Positions 1 through 11,981 of a stretch of DNA of 64,000 nt are shown piece after piece; position 1 is the stretch's first letter; the number at the start of each line of letters is the position of its first letter. Made by a program: the position numbers and the translations under genes. Below the pieces are notes generated by a model. It did not search any database, was not told the origin of the DNA, and saw only the letters and a program-made list of their open reading frames with translations. Source of the DNA: an uncultured Bdellovibrionales bacterium (lineage in GTDB: Bacteria > Patescibacteriota > Minisyncoccia > Moranbacterales > UBA1568). The DNA is taken from positions 2,781 through 66,780 of the forward strand of contig CAZIZG010000007.1 of the NCBI GenBank assembly GCA_964543815.1, in the 5' to 3' direction.

Positions 1-1364
1 ATGGTACCAGACTGTTCAAATATCCGTTCCATCAATCGTGGTAATTTGAGAAGCTCCCGAGCAATCCGTTGTCCCGTAACGAGAGACATGCCGCGCTTCC
101 GCCCAAGATACAGCGTAAGGAGTGAAAGAATAGCCAGCTGTGAAGTAAAAGCCTTGGTCGAGGCGACCGATACCTCCGGTCCGGCATGATTGTATACTCC
201 GGCATCGGTCTCCCGGGCGATAGTTGAGCCCACCACATTGACGATACCAAGCGTGAGTGCCCCCTTACTCTTAGCCTCTCGAATGGCTGCCAGAGTATCA
301 GCTGTTTCTCCTGATTGCGAAAGAGCAAGAACGGCCGTGCGCTTATCCAGGAGTGGTTTACGATAGCGAAACTCTGAAGCATACTCTACCTCAACGGGAA
401 TCCCAGCATACTCCTCAAGCATATACTCACCCACGAGACCGGCATGATACGACGTACCACAAGAGACAATCACAATGCGCTCTATCCCTTCTAAACGCTT
501 CGCTACCTCACGTAACCCACCAAGTCGAGCTGTGCCCTCATCCGGAAGGAGCCGTCCCCGCAAAGCATCAGCAAAGCTCTCCGGCTGATCAAAAATTTCT
601 TTGAGCATAAAATGAGGGTAGCCGCCACGCTTGGCTTCCTTTTCTGACCACTCTACCGCCGTTTCATCCTTTTTCTGAATGGCCTGACCAGACTTCACCA
701 CGTACCCCTCACGGGTAACAACCGCTCGTTCATCATCCTCAAGATAGACTACCTTTTTGGTATGAGCCAGGATGGCCGAGACATCGGACGCGACGAAGTA
801 CTCCTCCTTCCCTACCCCGATAAGAAGCGGGCTGCCCATCCGGGCCACGTAGAGCCGATCCGGTTCGACCACAGCCACCATGGCGATGCCATACGTACCT
901 CGTAATTCTTTGATAGCAGAAGCAAAGGCCTCCTCCATGTCTCGACTCTTCTTGGTATGCTCCTCAATGAGATGTGCCACTACTTCCGTATCGGTCTCTG
1001 ATGCAAAACGATGGCCCTTTTTGATTAGCTCATCTTTTAGTTCAGTGTAGTTTTCGATAATCCCATTATGAACGAGCGAAATCGCTCCAGCACAGTCAAC
1101 ATGCGGATGAGCATTCTTCTCCGATGGTTTGCCGTGCGTAGCCCAGCGAGTATGAGCAATACCAGTGGTCGCCGTATACATCACACCATCGGTCTTTTTC
1201 TCAAGTTCAGCCACTTTCCCCAAAGCTCGTACTCGTTTCAATTTTTTCCCTTCGACCAGTGCCACACCAGCACTATCGTAGCCACGATATTCGAGCCGTC
1301 TCAGCCCCTCGATAAGCAAGTCCTTCGCTTCACGCTTCCCAACATAGCCAACGATGCCACACAT
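1..1364 (-). CDS. glmS: glutamine--fructose-6-phosphate aminotransferase (5' part; runs off the window edge)
   Basis: Not in the ORF track because it is truncated. The minus strand from 1364 reads MCGIVGYVG...LEYRGYDSAG...IAHTRWATHG...VHNGIIENY...SQSGETADT, the GlmS glutaminase and SIS motifs. Confidence 0.96.
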   Translation of the reverse strand, partial: MCGIVGYVGKREAKDLLIEGLRRLEYRGYDSAGVALVEGKKLKRVRALGKVAELEKKTDGVMYTATTGIAHTRWATHGKPSEKNAHPHVDCAGAISLVHNGIIENYTELKDELIKKGHRFASETDTEVVAHLIEEHTKKSRDMEEAFASAIKELRGTYGIAMVAVVEPDRLYVARMGSPLLIGVGKEEYFVASDVSAILAHTKKVVYLEDDERAVVTREGYVVKSGQAIQKKDETAVEWSEKEAKRGGYPHFMLKEIFDQPESFADALRGRLLPDEGTARLGGLREVAKRLEGIERIVIVSCGTSYHAGLVGEYMLEEYAGIPVEVEYASEFRYRKPLLDKRTAVLALSQSGETADTLAAIREAKSKGALTLGIVNVVGSTIARETDAGVYNHAGPEVSVASTKAFTSQLAILSLLTLYLGRKRGMSLVTGQRIARELLKLPRLMERIFEQSGT

Positions 1365-1392
1365 AGAGTTGAGCGTTACGAATTATTCGAAA

Positions 1393-3843
1393 CTACCCCG
1401 CCACGATACTGACAATTTTTCCAGGGACGTAGATGACTTTACGAACCGTCTTATCAGCGAGATGGAGTTTGACGTTGACATCGGCAAGCGCCCGAGTCTT
1501 CACCTCGTCTTCACCTGTACCATTCTCGATAGCAATGACCGCCCGGACTTTACCATTCAACTGCACCGCGACATTGACCGTCTCAGCGACAATTTTTTTC
1601 TTGTCATACTTCGGCCAGGGAGCAAGAAAAATAGACTTCTTCTCCCCGGTTTGAGACCAGAGTTCTGCGGTGATATGCGGCGCGAAGGGAGAGAGGAGCA
1701 CGAGTAACGTTTTGAATGTAGAAACCTGAACACCCGTCTCTTTTTCCATTTCATTCACCAGAATCATGAGACTACTAATGGCCGTGTTGAACTTGAGTTC
1801 TTCCACATCCTCCGTCACCTTTTTGATAGTTCGGTGCAGTGCCCCGAGTATATCCGTATTTACTTTCTTCTCGGTAACTTTTTCCTGTAACTTCCATACT
1901 TTTTCGAGAAATCGCCGCACACCAATGATACTTCCGGTATTCCAGGCTTTCTTATCTTCTAGTGGCCCCATGAACATTTCATACAATCGGAGACTATCCG
2001 CCCCAAATTCGGCTACCATCTGATCGGGATTGACCACATTACCAAGTGACTTCGACATCTTACGTCCGTCAGCTGCCAATATCGTCCCCTGGTGTCGGAG
2101 CTTCATGAACGGCTCATCGAAACCAACATGCCCATACTTCATGAGCGCTTTGGTAAAGAAACGGGCATAGAGGAGATGGAGCACCGTGTGTTCTGCTCCA
2201 CCCATATAGAAATCAACCGGGAGATACTTCTCAAGCGCTTTTTTGGAGGCAAACTGTTTTGTATTCTTAGGATCAGCAAAACGCATGTAGTACCAACTGG
2301 AACATACAAACGTATCCATGGTATCACTCTCGCGCCTCGCTTTCCCGCCACACTTGGGACACTTCACCTTATGAAAACTCTTGGAGCTGACAAGGGGTGA
2401 CTCGCCCGTCGGTCGAAAATCCACATCCGTCGGAAGTTTCACTGGTAAATCCTTTTCTGGTACCGGCACAGTGCCGCAGTCAGCACAATAGATAATAGGG
2501 ATGGGCGCGCCCCAATACCGCTGACGAGAAATGAGCCAATCACGGAGACGATAATTCACCACTTTCTTCCCTAGTTTTTCTTTCCGAAGCCACGCCGTCA
2601 TTTTTTCCCTCGCCTCAACTGAAGTAAGTTCAGTAAATTCTTTAGAATTAACGAGCACACCATCATCCGTATAAGGATCCTCACTCATCACGTCCTCTTT
2701 CCCCTTAATAACAGTGATAATTTCCAGTTGGTACTTCTTGGCAAAAGTAAAATCACGCTCATCATGAGCAGGCACCCCCATCACGGCCCCGGTGCCATAG
2801 GTTCCGAGCACATAGTCGGCAACATAGACTGGCAGAAGCTCTCCCGTAAAAGGGTGTACTACGGTCACTCCCTCAAGGCACACTCCCGTTTTGTCTTTAT
2901 TGAGCTCTGTCCGCTCGAGATCAGTCTTCTTCTTGGTTGTCTCCAAATATTTCTTCACTTCTTCCCAATTCTTGATGCCTGATGCTTGATGCTTGATAAG
3001 CTCATGTTCTGGTGCTATGACGACATACGTACAGCCGTAGATGGTATCGAGACGGGTGGTAAACACTCGTACCTCTTCCTCAGTATGAGCAACATAGAAA
3101 ACAACCTCTGCCCCTTCCGAGCGACCAATCCAGTGCCGCTGAGCTGACTTAGTCGACTCCGGCCAATCAATCTTGTCGAGACCAGAAAGCAAACCGGAAA
3201 CTTTTTTGCCAGTGACACTCTTCGTTGACTCCACGAAATCCGTGATCTTAAAAAACCATTGTTCTAGATCCTTTTGCACCACCGTACTGCCACAGCGGTC
3301 GCACTTGCCATCAATCACCTGCTCATTGGCAAGTACGGTCGCGTCTTTGTCGCACCAATTAACCTTGGCTTTCTTTTTGTAGGCCAAACCGTTTTTATAG
3401 AGAAAGAGAAACATCCACTGCGTCCATCGATAGTACTCGGGGCTCGAAGCGTTGACTTCACGCGACCAATCATAGGAAAGTCCCACTGACTGCATCTGAC
3501 GCTTAAAATTCTTGATTGATTCCAAGGTTTTCTTACTCGGATGGATACCGGTTTTGATAGCAAAATTTTCTGCTGGAAGTCCAAACGCATCCCAGCCCAT
3601 CGGCCGGAGGACGTCATAACCCTGATACTGCTTGAAACGAGCATAAATATCAGTCGCAGTGAAGTTCTCGACGTGCCCGACATGGAGTCCATCCCCCGAA
3701 GGATACGGGAACATATCGAGAATGTAGAATTTCCCTTTGTTGCCAGTTTTTTTCAAGGCTCCATTTTTGGCCCATACTTTCTGCCATTTTCCCTCAATTT
3801 TCTTCGGTTCGTAAGCTTTCCGCATAGCGCTCTTCAAGTTCAT
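1393..3843 (-). CDS. leuS: leucine--tRNA ligase
   Basis: MFPYPSG.GLHVGH, GTGAVMGVPAHDERD, DWLISRQRYWG and KMSKS motifs. Confidence 0.98.
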   Translation of the reverse strand: MNLKSAMRKAYEPKKIEGKWQKVWAKNGALKKTGNKGKFYILDMFPYPSGDGLHVGHVENFTATDIYARFKQYQGYDVLRPMGWDAFGLPAENFAIKTGIHPSKKTLESIKNFKRQMQSVGLSYDWSREVNASSPEYYRWTQWMFLFLYKNGLAYKKKAKVNWCDKDATVLANEQVIDGKCDRCGSTVVQKDLEQWFFKITDFVESTKSVTGKKVSGLLSGLDKIDWPESTKSAQRHWIGRSEGAEVVFYVAHTEEEVRVFTTRLDTIYGCTYVVIAPEHELIKHQASGIKNWEEVKKYLETTKKKTDLERTELNKDKTGVCLEGVTVVHPFTGELLPVYVADYVLGTYGTGAVMGVPAHDERDFTFAKKYQLEIITVIKGKEDVMSEDPYTDDGVLVNSKEFTELTSVEAREKMTAWLRKEKLGKKVVNYRLRDWLISRQRYWGAPIPIIYCADCGTVPVPEKDLPVKLPTDVDFRPTGESPLVSSKSFHKVKCPKCGGKARRESDTMDTFVCSSWYYMRFADPKNTKQFASKKALEKYLPVDFYMGGAEHTVLHLLYARFFTKALMKYGHVGFDEPFMKLRHQGTILAADGRKMSKSLGNVVNPDQMVAEFGADSLRLYEMFMGPLEDKKAWNTGSIIGVRRFLEKVWKLQEKVTEKKVNTDILGALHRTIKKVTEDVEELKFNTAISSLMILVNEMEKETGVQVSTFKTLLVLLSPFAPHITAELWSQTGEKKSIFLAPWPKYDKKKIVAETVNVAVQLNGKVRAVIAIENGTGEDEVKTRALADVNVKLHLADKTVRKVIYVPGKIVSIVAG
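2971..2998. repeat. 4 x 7-nt tandem repeat (CYTGATG) inside leuS
   Basis: cttgatg cctgatg cttgatg cttgata; encodes IKHQASGIK. Confidence 0.7.
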
Positions 3844-3906
3844 TACCTCACCACTGTACTTTAAACAAGCGATTTTTTCAAGTTTTTTAGATTAACAAGA
3901 TACAGA

Positions 3907-3934
3907 AAAACAACGCCCTTGCGGACGTTGTTTT
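3907..3934. terminator. intrinsic terminator downstream of the DUF4349 gene
   Basis: Hairpin aaaacaacg...cgttgtttt with A/T runs on both sides. Confidence 0.7.
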
Positions 3935-3947
3935 GAATGAACTCACG

Positions 3948-4985
3948 TTATTTTTTCCTCAATACCCGGCGCTTCTCCTCAAGGAGACCCGGCCAGAATT
4001 TTGCCAAAGCCCGTCGCACCACGATATAGATGGCCCAAAGTATGACACCGTCTATGATAAGGGCCGGTAATCCGACAATGAGGAACTGAATACCCCCCTC
4101 AACAACATCGCCAAAAAATTGGAGCAGTGAAAGGAGTGATGCTTTGAGCGTCTGGAGTGGTCGAAATCCCTGATTGACTTTTACTTGAACATCCTCAGTC
4201 AAAAAGACCGTGATTGTGGCAAGACTCGTTTGACTATCAAGGTAACGCTTCTGACCTTCGAGCGATTCAATTTCGCTTCGCACTGCTGCTAAGCGATCAG
4301 TGACCTCCATCACATCGCTTATCTTCACTGCTCGATCAAAAAGAGTTTGAAGTGTCGCTTCGGCAGCTTTTTTGTTATTGATACGCGCTTCGAGGTCGAT
4401 AACCTGAGCTGTCACATCCATTCCAGACACATCTTCTGAAAGCGTGACATTGGCCAGGGCTTTCAAACGCGTCATTGCCTCATCAAATTTTTCTGTCGCT
4501 ACTCTGATGGTAACTGTCCCGCTCTTGCTTCCACCAATCACCTGATCGAGGTGAGTATCACTCACCGTACCGCCGAGCTCTCCCGCTACCGTCCTCATAC
4601 CCGCGAGCGCTTCATCGGCATTTTTTACCTGAACACTGAGACTTCCGATCCGTACTACTTTTTGTTCAGCAACTTCAGAAACTGATGGAGCAGCCATCAT
4701 CGGCATACTTGATTTTTCCATCATGCCCGACTTGTCACTTGATCCATTCATCATGAAACTATCGGCCTCCACTCTCATCCCCATAGGACTGAGCCCAATT
4801 TCGTTTACTGAAGTCATCTTGGTTGCTCTCTGCATCATGGGTGACCCATACATACCCGACCGAGAAACCTCTCGACGATCACCAGCAAAAAACACGGTCA
4901 CAAAAAAAACCAGGGCAAGCAAACCAAGGAGACCCACGAGAGCCAGACCAAGTGTTCGCACAAATTTTTGCGAGACTGTCCGCAT
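3948..4985 (-). CDS. DUF4349-domain membrane protein
   Basis: N-terminal TM helix, DVTAQVIDLEARI...EIESLEGQKRYL...SLATITV coiled-coil core and a C-terminal TM, as in DUF4349. Confidence 0.85.
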   Translation of the reverse strand: MRTVSQKFVRTLGLALVGLLGLLALVFFVTVFFAGDRREVSRSGMYGSPMMQRATKMTSVNEIGLSPMGMRVEADSFMMNGSSDKSGMMEKSSMPMMAAPSVSEVAEQKVVRIGSLSVQVKNADEALAGMRTVAGELGGTVSDTHLDQVIGGSKSGTVTIRVATEKFDEAMTRLKALANVTLSEDVSGMDVTAQVIDLEARINNKKAAEATLQTLFDRAVKISDVMEVTDRLAAVRSEIESLEGQKRYLDSQTSLATITVFLTEDVQVKVNQGFRPLQTLKASLLSLLQFFGDVVEGGIQFLIVGLPALIIDGVILWAIYIVVRRALAKFWPGLLEEKRRVLRKK

Positions 4986-4998
4986 ATTTTTATATTAT

Positions 4999-5059
4999 GA
5001 ATAAGAGCGAGAATAAATATTCTCGCTCTTATTCTACACCTCTTGTTTCAGATTTCCAA
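4999..5059 (-). promoter_or_regulatory. sigma70 promoter (TTGGAA-17-TAGAAT) overlapping a perfect 16-bp inverted repeat
   Basis: gaataagagcgagaat-aaat-attctcgctcttattc at 4999-5034; -10 at 5036-5031, -35 at 5059-5054. Confidence 0.55.
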
Positions 5060-5060
5060 T

Positions 5061-5501
5061 TTATTCACTCGTTGGCAAAATGCCACGCCGGGCCTGATGC
5101 CGTCTCGCTACTTTTACCCGGGCCAATTCTTTTTCGATCATAGCGGCAGTCCGGGCATACTCCTCATCATCCATCGTGACGCGCTCTTTTTTGAGTGCTT
5201 CCGCTCGAGCACGTGCCTCCTCTGCTCGCGTAACATCAATATCTTCTGCTCGCTCCGCCGTATCAGCAAGAATCGAGAGGATATCATCATGAAACTCCAC
5301 GAAACCACCCGAGGTTGCGAGACTGGTCTCGGGTCCATTTGGCTCAGATCGGAGCATAATCTCCCCAGCCGACAAAGCACCGATATAGGGCACATGATGG
5401 GGCAGGAGCGTCACCTCGCCACCTACTACTGGCAGAGTGGCTTGGTAAATCTCCTGTTCAATCACTTTTTTTTCAGGCGTCACCACCTTAAGCTTTATCA
5501 T
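5061..5501 (-). CDS. atpC: ATP synthase F1 epsilon
   Basis: VVTPE...LPHHVP...SGGFVE...ILADTAE; last gene of the atp operon. Confidence 0.96.
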   Translation of the reverse strand: MIKLKVVTPEKKVIEQEIYQATLPVVGGEVTLLPHHVPYIGALSAGEIMLRSEPNGPETSLATSGGFVEFHDDILSILADTAERAEDIDVTRAEEARARAEALKKERVTMDDEEYARTAAMIEKELARVKVARRHQARRGILPTSE

Positions 5502-5503
5502 AC

Positions 5504-6925
<1,422 letters not shown>

Positions 6926-6937
6926 TTAGTATCTCAA

Positions 6938-7834
6938 TTATTTTTGCACTGCTGCCATACCCGCTGACAATTCGGCAATCTCCTGAGTAATCTTACCCTG
7001 ACGGAGTTGATTGTAGGCAAGGGTCAAATCGGAAACCATATCCTTGGCCGCATCAGTCGCATTGCGCATCGCCATCATCCGAGCAGATTCCTGGGAAGCA
7101 TTACTTTCAAGCACCGCGTGGTACAACTCCATCTCAATCAGTCGCGGAATCATCTGCTCGAGCACTCCACTCGGTGAAGGTTCGATGATATACTCCGATG
7201 TTTCAGCTCTGTCCCCATCATTACCCTGTCCCATCTCATGGATAGCCTTTTTGGTATCATTGATAGCTACCGGGAGCAATGCCCGTACCTTGACCTCCTG
7301 AGAAAGCATCGAAACAAAGTCCGTATAAATCACCGCCACTCGATCAACTCGCAGAGAAGCAAACTCATCCATAATAACCCGCGCCACTCCGCGCATTCCC
7401 TCCGCTGTCGGCGCCGTCAATACATCCGGAAATGAGGCGACAATCTCGCCCCCCATACGACGCACGGCATTCTCGCCTTTCTTACCAAGCGTGATAAACA
7501 CTCGCCCTCTCCCCTCATCTTCCTTGAGTACCTGGCGCAGTCGCTTCACAATTTGGGCGTTAAAAGCCCCACAGAGTCCACGGTTACTAGTGATAACGAC
7601 GTAGAGCTCCCTCTGAACCAGCCGTTCAGTCACCAGCGGATGTCGCTCCTCACCCACGGCCCGGTCAAGCTGGCGCAAGAGCTCAATGGCTGTCGTGGCA
7701 TAAGGACGGATGGCAAGAACACTCGCTACGGCTTTGCGCATTTTGACAGCCGAAATCATCTCCATAGCCCGAGTGATCTTCCCCGTGCCCTTTACACCCT
7801 TGATACGTCTCCTGATATCTCGCGCTGATGCCAT
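6938..7834 (-). CDS. atpG: ATP synthase F1 gamma
   Basis: KITRAMEMISAVK, RGLCGAFN, ARMMAMRNATD, RQGKITQEIAE. Confidence 0.98.
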   Translation of the reverse strand: MASARDIRRRIKGVKGTGKITRAMEMISAVKMRKAVASVLAIRPYATTAIELLRQLDRAVGEERHPLVTERLVQRELYVVITSNRGLCGAFNAQIVKRLRQVLKEDEGRGRVFITLGKKGENAVRRMGGEIVASFPDVLTAPTAEGMRGVARVIMDEFASLRVDRVAVIYTDFVSMLSQEVKVRALLPVAINDTKKAIHEMGQGNDGDRAETSEYIIEPSPSGVLEQMIPRLIEMELYHAVLESNASQESARMMAMRNATDAAKDMVSDLTLAYNQLRQGKITQEIAELSAGMAAVQK

Positions 7835-7837
7835 ACT

Positions 7838-9337
7838 TTAGGCTGCAAACGTTTTCTTAAATGATTCGATATGCTGCTTCAATAATTCTTCCACTTCGGG
7901 AGTCAAGGCCTTTTCTCTGAGAATAGCCTCGCCCACTCCCTTGCCTTCATTATCAAGATACACGTGGAACTCTCGTTCGAAACGATTGATTTCCGCTACC
8001 GGTACATCATCGACATGACCACGGGTCAGCGCATAGAGCACTGCGACCTCTTTCTCTACTGGGAGCGGTGCGTACTGGGGCTGCTTCAATATCTCCACGG
8101 CACGACGACCACGCTCGATAAGAGTCCGGGTCTTTTCATCCAGGTCAGAACCGAACTGAGCAAAAGCTTCCAGTTCTCGGAATTGAGCCAAATCAAGACG
8201 AAGCGTCCCCGATACCTGCTTCATCGCCTTGATCTGAGCCGATGAGCCTACCCGAGAAACTGAGAGGCCGACGTTTAGGGCAGGGCGGATACCCTTGTAG
8301 AACAAGTCAGACTCAAGATAAATCTGACCATCTGTAATAGAAATGACGTTCGTCGGAATATAGGCAGAAACATCACCGGCCTGAGTTTCAATAATAGGAA
8401 GAGCCGTAAGCGAACCGCCACCGTTTTCCGCATTGAGCTTGGCACTGCGTTCCAGGAGTCGTGAGTGGACATAAAACACATCTCCTGGGTAAGCCTCGCG
8501 TCCTGGTGGCCGACGGAGAATGAGCGAGATCTGACGGTATGCCACCGCGTGTTTTGATAGATCGTCATAAATAACAAGCACGTCCTTCCCCTGATCCATG
8601 AAGTACTCACCGAGCGCACACCCGGCGTACGGAGCAATGAACGACAGAGCTGAGGGATCAGACGCGCCAGCTACCACGACCGTCGTGTACTCGAGCGCTC
8701 CGCTCTTTTTGAGTTCAGCCACGATACGAGCCACCTTGGACTCTTTCTGACCAATAGCGACATAGATACAAATAACCCCCTGGCCCTTCTGATTGATAAT
8801 GGTATCGATAGCAATAGCCGTCTTGCCCGTCTGACGATCTCCGATGATAAGTTCGCGCTGACCCCGACCAATAGGGATAAGGGCATCAATCGCTTTGATA
8901 CCCGTCTGAAGCGGCTGATTCACCGACTGACGAGTGATAACACCAGGAGCAATTTTCTCCACCGGATAGTAGGCCGCCGCCTTCACTTCTCCTTTGCCAT
9001 CAATCGGCAACCCCAAAGGTGAAAGCACGCGACCAATCACCGCCTCACCCACCGGTACTGACAAAATTTTACCGGTACTTTTGGCCTGCGCCCCCTCACC
9101 GAGAGCACCAGTTTCATCGAGAAGCATGACACCAGCCTCGCCCTCTTCGAGATTCAGAGCTACCCCGATGGCACCATTTTCAAACTCCACCATTTCACCC
9201 GCCATTACTTCGGACAATCCAGCCACCCGAGCCACCCCATCACCAATCTCAAGCACGGTACCGATAGCCTCAGTTTTCGGTTCATGATGAAAATCAACAA
9301 TGTGTTTCTTCAGCTCTTCAATAAGTGGGTTACTCAT
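7838..9337 (-). CDS. atpA: ATP synthase F1 alpha
   Basis: [23 protein letters not shown]. Confidence 0.99.
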   Translation of the reverse strand: MSNPLIEELKKHIVDFHHEPKTEAIGTVLEIGDGVARVAGLSEVMAGEMVEFENGAIGVALNLEEGEAGVMLLDETGALGEGAQAKSTGKILSVPVGEAVIGRVLSPLGLPIDGKGEVKAAAYYPVEKIAPGVITRQSVNQPLQTGIKAIDALIPIGRGQRELIIGDRQTGKTAIAIDTIINQKGQGVICIYVAIGQKESKVARIVAELKKSGALEYTTVVVAGASDPSALSFIAPYAGCALGEYFMDQGKDVLVIYDDLSKHAVAYRQISLILRRPPGREAYPGDVFYVHSRLLERSAKLNAENGGGSLTALPIIETQAGDVSAYIPTNVISITDGQIYLESDLFYKGIRPALNVGLSVSRVGSSAQIKAMKQVSGTLRLDLAQFRELEAFAQFGSDLDEKTRTLIERGRRAVEILKQPQYAPLPVEKEVAVLYALTRGHVDDVPVAEINRFEREFHVYLDNEGKGVGEAILREKALTPEVEELLKQHIESFKKTFAA

Positions 9338-9353
9338 AGTTGTGAAAAGGTGT

Positions 9354-9410
9354 GGAATTTAGAATCCGAAATATTGCGGCAACAAAATTCAAGATGCCAA
9401 ACCCCAAGCT
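9354..9410. repeat. degenerate heptamer arrays in the atpH-atpA spacer
   Basis: ggaattt agaatcc gaaatat ... caaaatt caagatg ccaaacc ccaagct. Confidence 0.45.
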
Positions 9411-9808
9411 TAATGACTGATTAATTTTTTCATGATGCCCAGTTCACCACGGACCGTAGCATCATAGGACTGCTCCACTGTTTCAAAACGTGCGCCACCC
9501 ATCACGGATGAGTCCACCACGAACTCCGCTTCAATTTTCTTCCCAGGAAACAAAATCTCAGCTTTCTTGAGGAGCCGCGTCCGTGACGTCTCGTCTACCT
9601 CGTGTGCTGTTATAATCTTCACCGTGAGTAGTCCAAGAGCTCGCTTGGCTCGAACTTCAAGCTCTCGCACCACGAGGGGCAATTTCTTCATTTCTCCGTG
9701 ACGCTTCAGATACTCTGAAAAATATTGCACGAGTGCCACTGGACGCACCGAAGTATCGGAAGCGAGTTCCTCGAGCGCCTGCGCGTATTGTGTCACCGTC
9801 GGACGCAT
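9410..9808 (-). CDS. atpH: ATP synthase F1 delta (short form)
   Basis: Position between atpF and atpA; YAQAL N-terminus and VDSSVMGG...YDATVRGEL C-terminus. Confidence 0.88.
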   Translation of the reverse strand: MRPTVTQYAQALEELASDTSVRPVALVQYFSEYLKRHGEMKKLPLVVRELEVRAKRALGLLTVKIITAHEVDETSRTRLLKKAEILFPGKKIEAEFVVDSSVMGGARFETVEQSYDATVRGELGIMKKLISH

Positions 9809-9820
9809 ACCTCTAGATAT

Positions 9821-10306
9821 TTAGGAGAGTTTCTTTTCAATGAGAGCAGCGTCAGTTTTCGCATCCAATTTTTCCCGAAGGATTTTTTCTACTGACAGCA
9901 TCACAAGCGCACCAATTTCGTCTTTGGCCGCGTTCATCATGCTGTCCTTTTCCTCCCGGATTTTCTCTTCCGCCTCCGCGAGCATACGCTTGACTTTGGC
10001 TTCCGTTTGCAACGCCTGCTCAGCGTCACGTTTCTTAGCGCCGGTCTCCGCTGCTACGAGTATCGCCTTGGCCTCTTTGCGTGCCTCAGTGAGCACGGCC
10101 TCTTCTTTAGCTGCTACCTCCGAGAGTTTCGCCGTCGCTGCTTCAGCATCCTTCAGTCCGCGCTCAATCCGCGCTGCCCGTTGCTCGAGAAAATCAAGCA
10201 TCGGTCGATAGGCATACCGGCGTAATACCCAAAATAAGATGGCAAAATTCACTGCCTGTGCCAGGAGAAGCTTCCAATCAACACCCAGTTTAGCGAGTAC
10301 GTCCAT
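9821..10306 (-). CDS. atpF: ATP synthase Fo b
   Basis: QAVNFAILFWVL...RP TM segment followed by a long coiled coil. Confidence 0.96.
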   Translation of the reverse strand: MDVLAKLGVDWKLLLAQAVNFAILFWVLRRYAYRPMLDFLEQRAARIERGLKDAEAATAKLSEVAAKEEAVLTEARKEAKAILVAAETGAKKRDAEQALQTEAKVKRMLAEAEEKIREEKDSMMNAAKDEIGALVMLSVEKILREKLDAKTDAALIEKKLS

Positions 10307-10316
10307 GGTCGAAAAA

Positions 10317-10565
<249 letters not shown>

Positions 10566-10625
10566 TTATTTCACTCAATGAAACTGCTCTATTCTACAGC
10601 GAAATGACACTTTTGTCCACTTCCT

Positions 10626-11381
10626 CTAGTGTTCTGGTTCCAGCGTCGCCATTTTGAGAAAGACCAGTGTCAACATGGCAAACACCACCGCCTGAATAAA
10701 CCCAACAAACACCTCGAGAAACATGAACGGCAGTGGCAAAAAATAGGGTACCAGGTGAAGCATTACCGTGAGAAGCACCTCACCAGCAAAGACATTTCCA
10801 AACAAACGAAAGGTGAAGGAGATAATTTTCCCCAGTTCCGACACGAGCTCGAGAATTCCCACTACCGTCCCAATACCATACGGCTTATGGAAGGGACTAA
10901 TGAGGAATTTCTTGCCATATTTGAACAGTCCGAGCGCGGCGATACCCGTGAACTGGACTGTGATAACGGTGATAAGCGACAGAGCAAGAGTAAAGTTGAG
11001 ATCAGCCGAGGTACTCCGAAGAAACGGGATGATAGTGGCATGACCCTCGGTGGTGGTATGGGCTACCCCTACCGTCCCTAGTCCTGGCAGCAGTCCTGCC
11101 CAGTTGGAAATGAGCACAAAGAGAAAAATGGTGGCAATAAATGGGAAGAAAGCTCGCGCTTGTTTTTTATCTTGAGTAACACTCTCAATGAGGTCAAACA
11201 ATGCCTCAAATATAATTTCCAAAATATTCTGCAGTCCTCTCGGCACCTGAGTCGGCCGTTTGGTCACCCGGGTGATGAACACCATGAGGAGGACACTCAC
11301 GATGACACCAATAAACAGAGCATTGGTGACTGGGAGCCATCCGAGACTAAACAATTTTTCTGCAGCAATTGAAATTTCCAT
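10626..11381 (-). CDS. atpB: ATP synthase Fo a
   Basis: SNWAGLLP, ADLNFTLAL, FRLFGNVFAGE, IQAVVFAML; ATG at 11381 preferred over the track's TTG. Confidence 0.97.
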   Translation of the reverse strand: MEISIAAEKLFSLGWLPVTNALFIGVIVSVLLMVFITRVTKRPTQVPRGLQNILEIIFEALFDLIESVTQDKKQARAFFPFIATIFLFVLISNWAGLLPGLGTVGVAHTTTEGHATIIPFLRSTSADLNFTLALSLITVITVQFTGIAALGLFKYGKKFLISPFHKPYGIGTVVGILELVSELGKIISFTFRLFGNVFAGEVLLTVMLHLVPYFLPLPFMFLEVFVGFIQAVVFAMLTLVFLKMATLEPEH

Positions 11382-11391
11382 TTTTTTCAAC

Positions 11392-11445
11392 AAAAAAGGC
11401 GCTTTGAAGCGCCTCTAGTGTAGCAGTGAAATACCGAAAGGTCAA
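11392..11445 (-). promoter_or_regulatory. atp operon promoter (TTGACC-17-TACACT) overlapping a terminator hairpin
   Basis: -35 at 11445-11440, -10 at 11422-11417; hairpin aggcgctt/aagcgcct at 11397-11414 followed by a T-run on the minus strand. Confidence 0.7.
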
Positions 11446-11463
11446 ACCAATCAAATATTCACC

Positions 11464-11976
11464 TCAGTCTCCCTCTACCACATCGTAAGGGATATGATAT
11501 TTTTCAAAAAATCCTAGCTTGAATTTTGCTAAGCGATTAGAAATAGTCGATAGGTTCTGCTCATTACTCATTCGGCTTTCCTGGAGCTGAGCCAGTCGTC
11601 CAAGTAATTCTTCGGTCACGCCACCCCGTATCTCTACTAGAAGCTTTGCTTCCTGCTCAGCAAGTTCTGCCTGTAAAGCCATTTCGGAACGCACCTGACT
11701 CTCGAGCGGCTTAATCATATTGATAATCGCGGCGGCCTCTCGACGGATTTTCGCAATCTGTTCCGGTGTGTATTCCATGAATTCAGCCGCCGCTGGTTCT
11801 GCCATCGCCTCATCTTCTGCGAGTTTGTTTTGTGCTGCCTCAAAAGCCTCAAAGTCCACTTCACCGGCTTCCGCGCCATCAATTAAGTCCTGGGAGGAAT
11901 CATGAAAGCCCTTTTCCGTTGCGGGAGTTGGTCTCGCACCCCTCTTATCAAGATTCTGTGGAGCTGATTCAAACAT
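11464..11976 (-). CDS. hypothetical acidic coiled-coil protein
   Basis: 170-aa ORF, third gene of a tight 3-gene run; E/A/Q/L heptads; no family recognised. Confidence 0.75.
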   Translation of the reverse strand: MFESAPQNLDKRGARPTPATEKGFHDSSQDLIDGAEAGEVDFEAFEAAQNKLAEDEAMAEPAAAEFMEYTPEQIAKIRREAAAIINMIKPLESQVRSEMALQAELAEQEAKLLVEIRGGVTEELLGRLAQLQESRMSNEQNLSTISNRLAKFKLGFFEKYHIPYDVVEGD

Positions 11977-11981
11977 GACCC

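Noticed and set aside
1-1412. Short ORFs listed in the track at the window start
   Set aside because: The region is occupied by minus-strand glmS, which the track missed because it is truncated.
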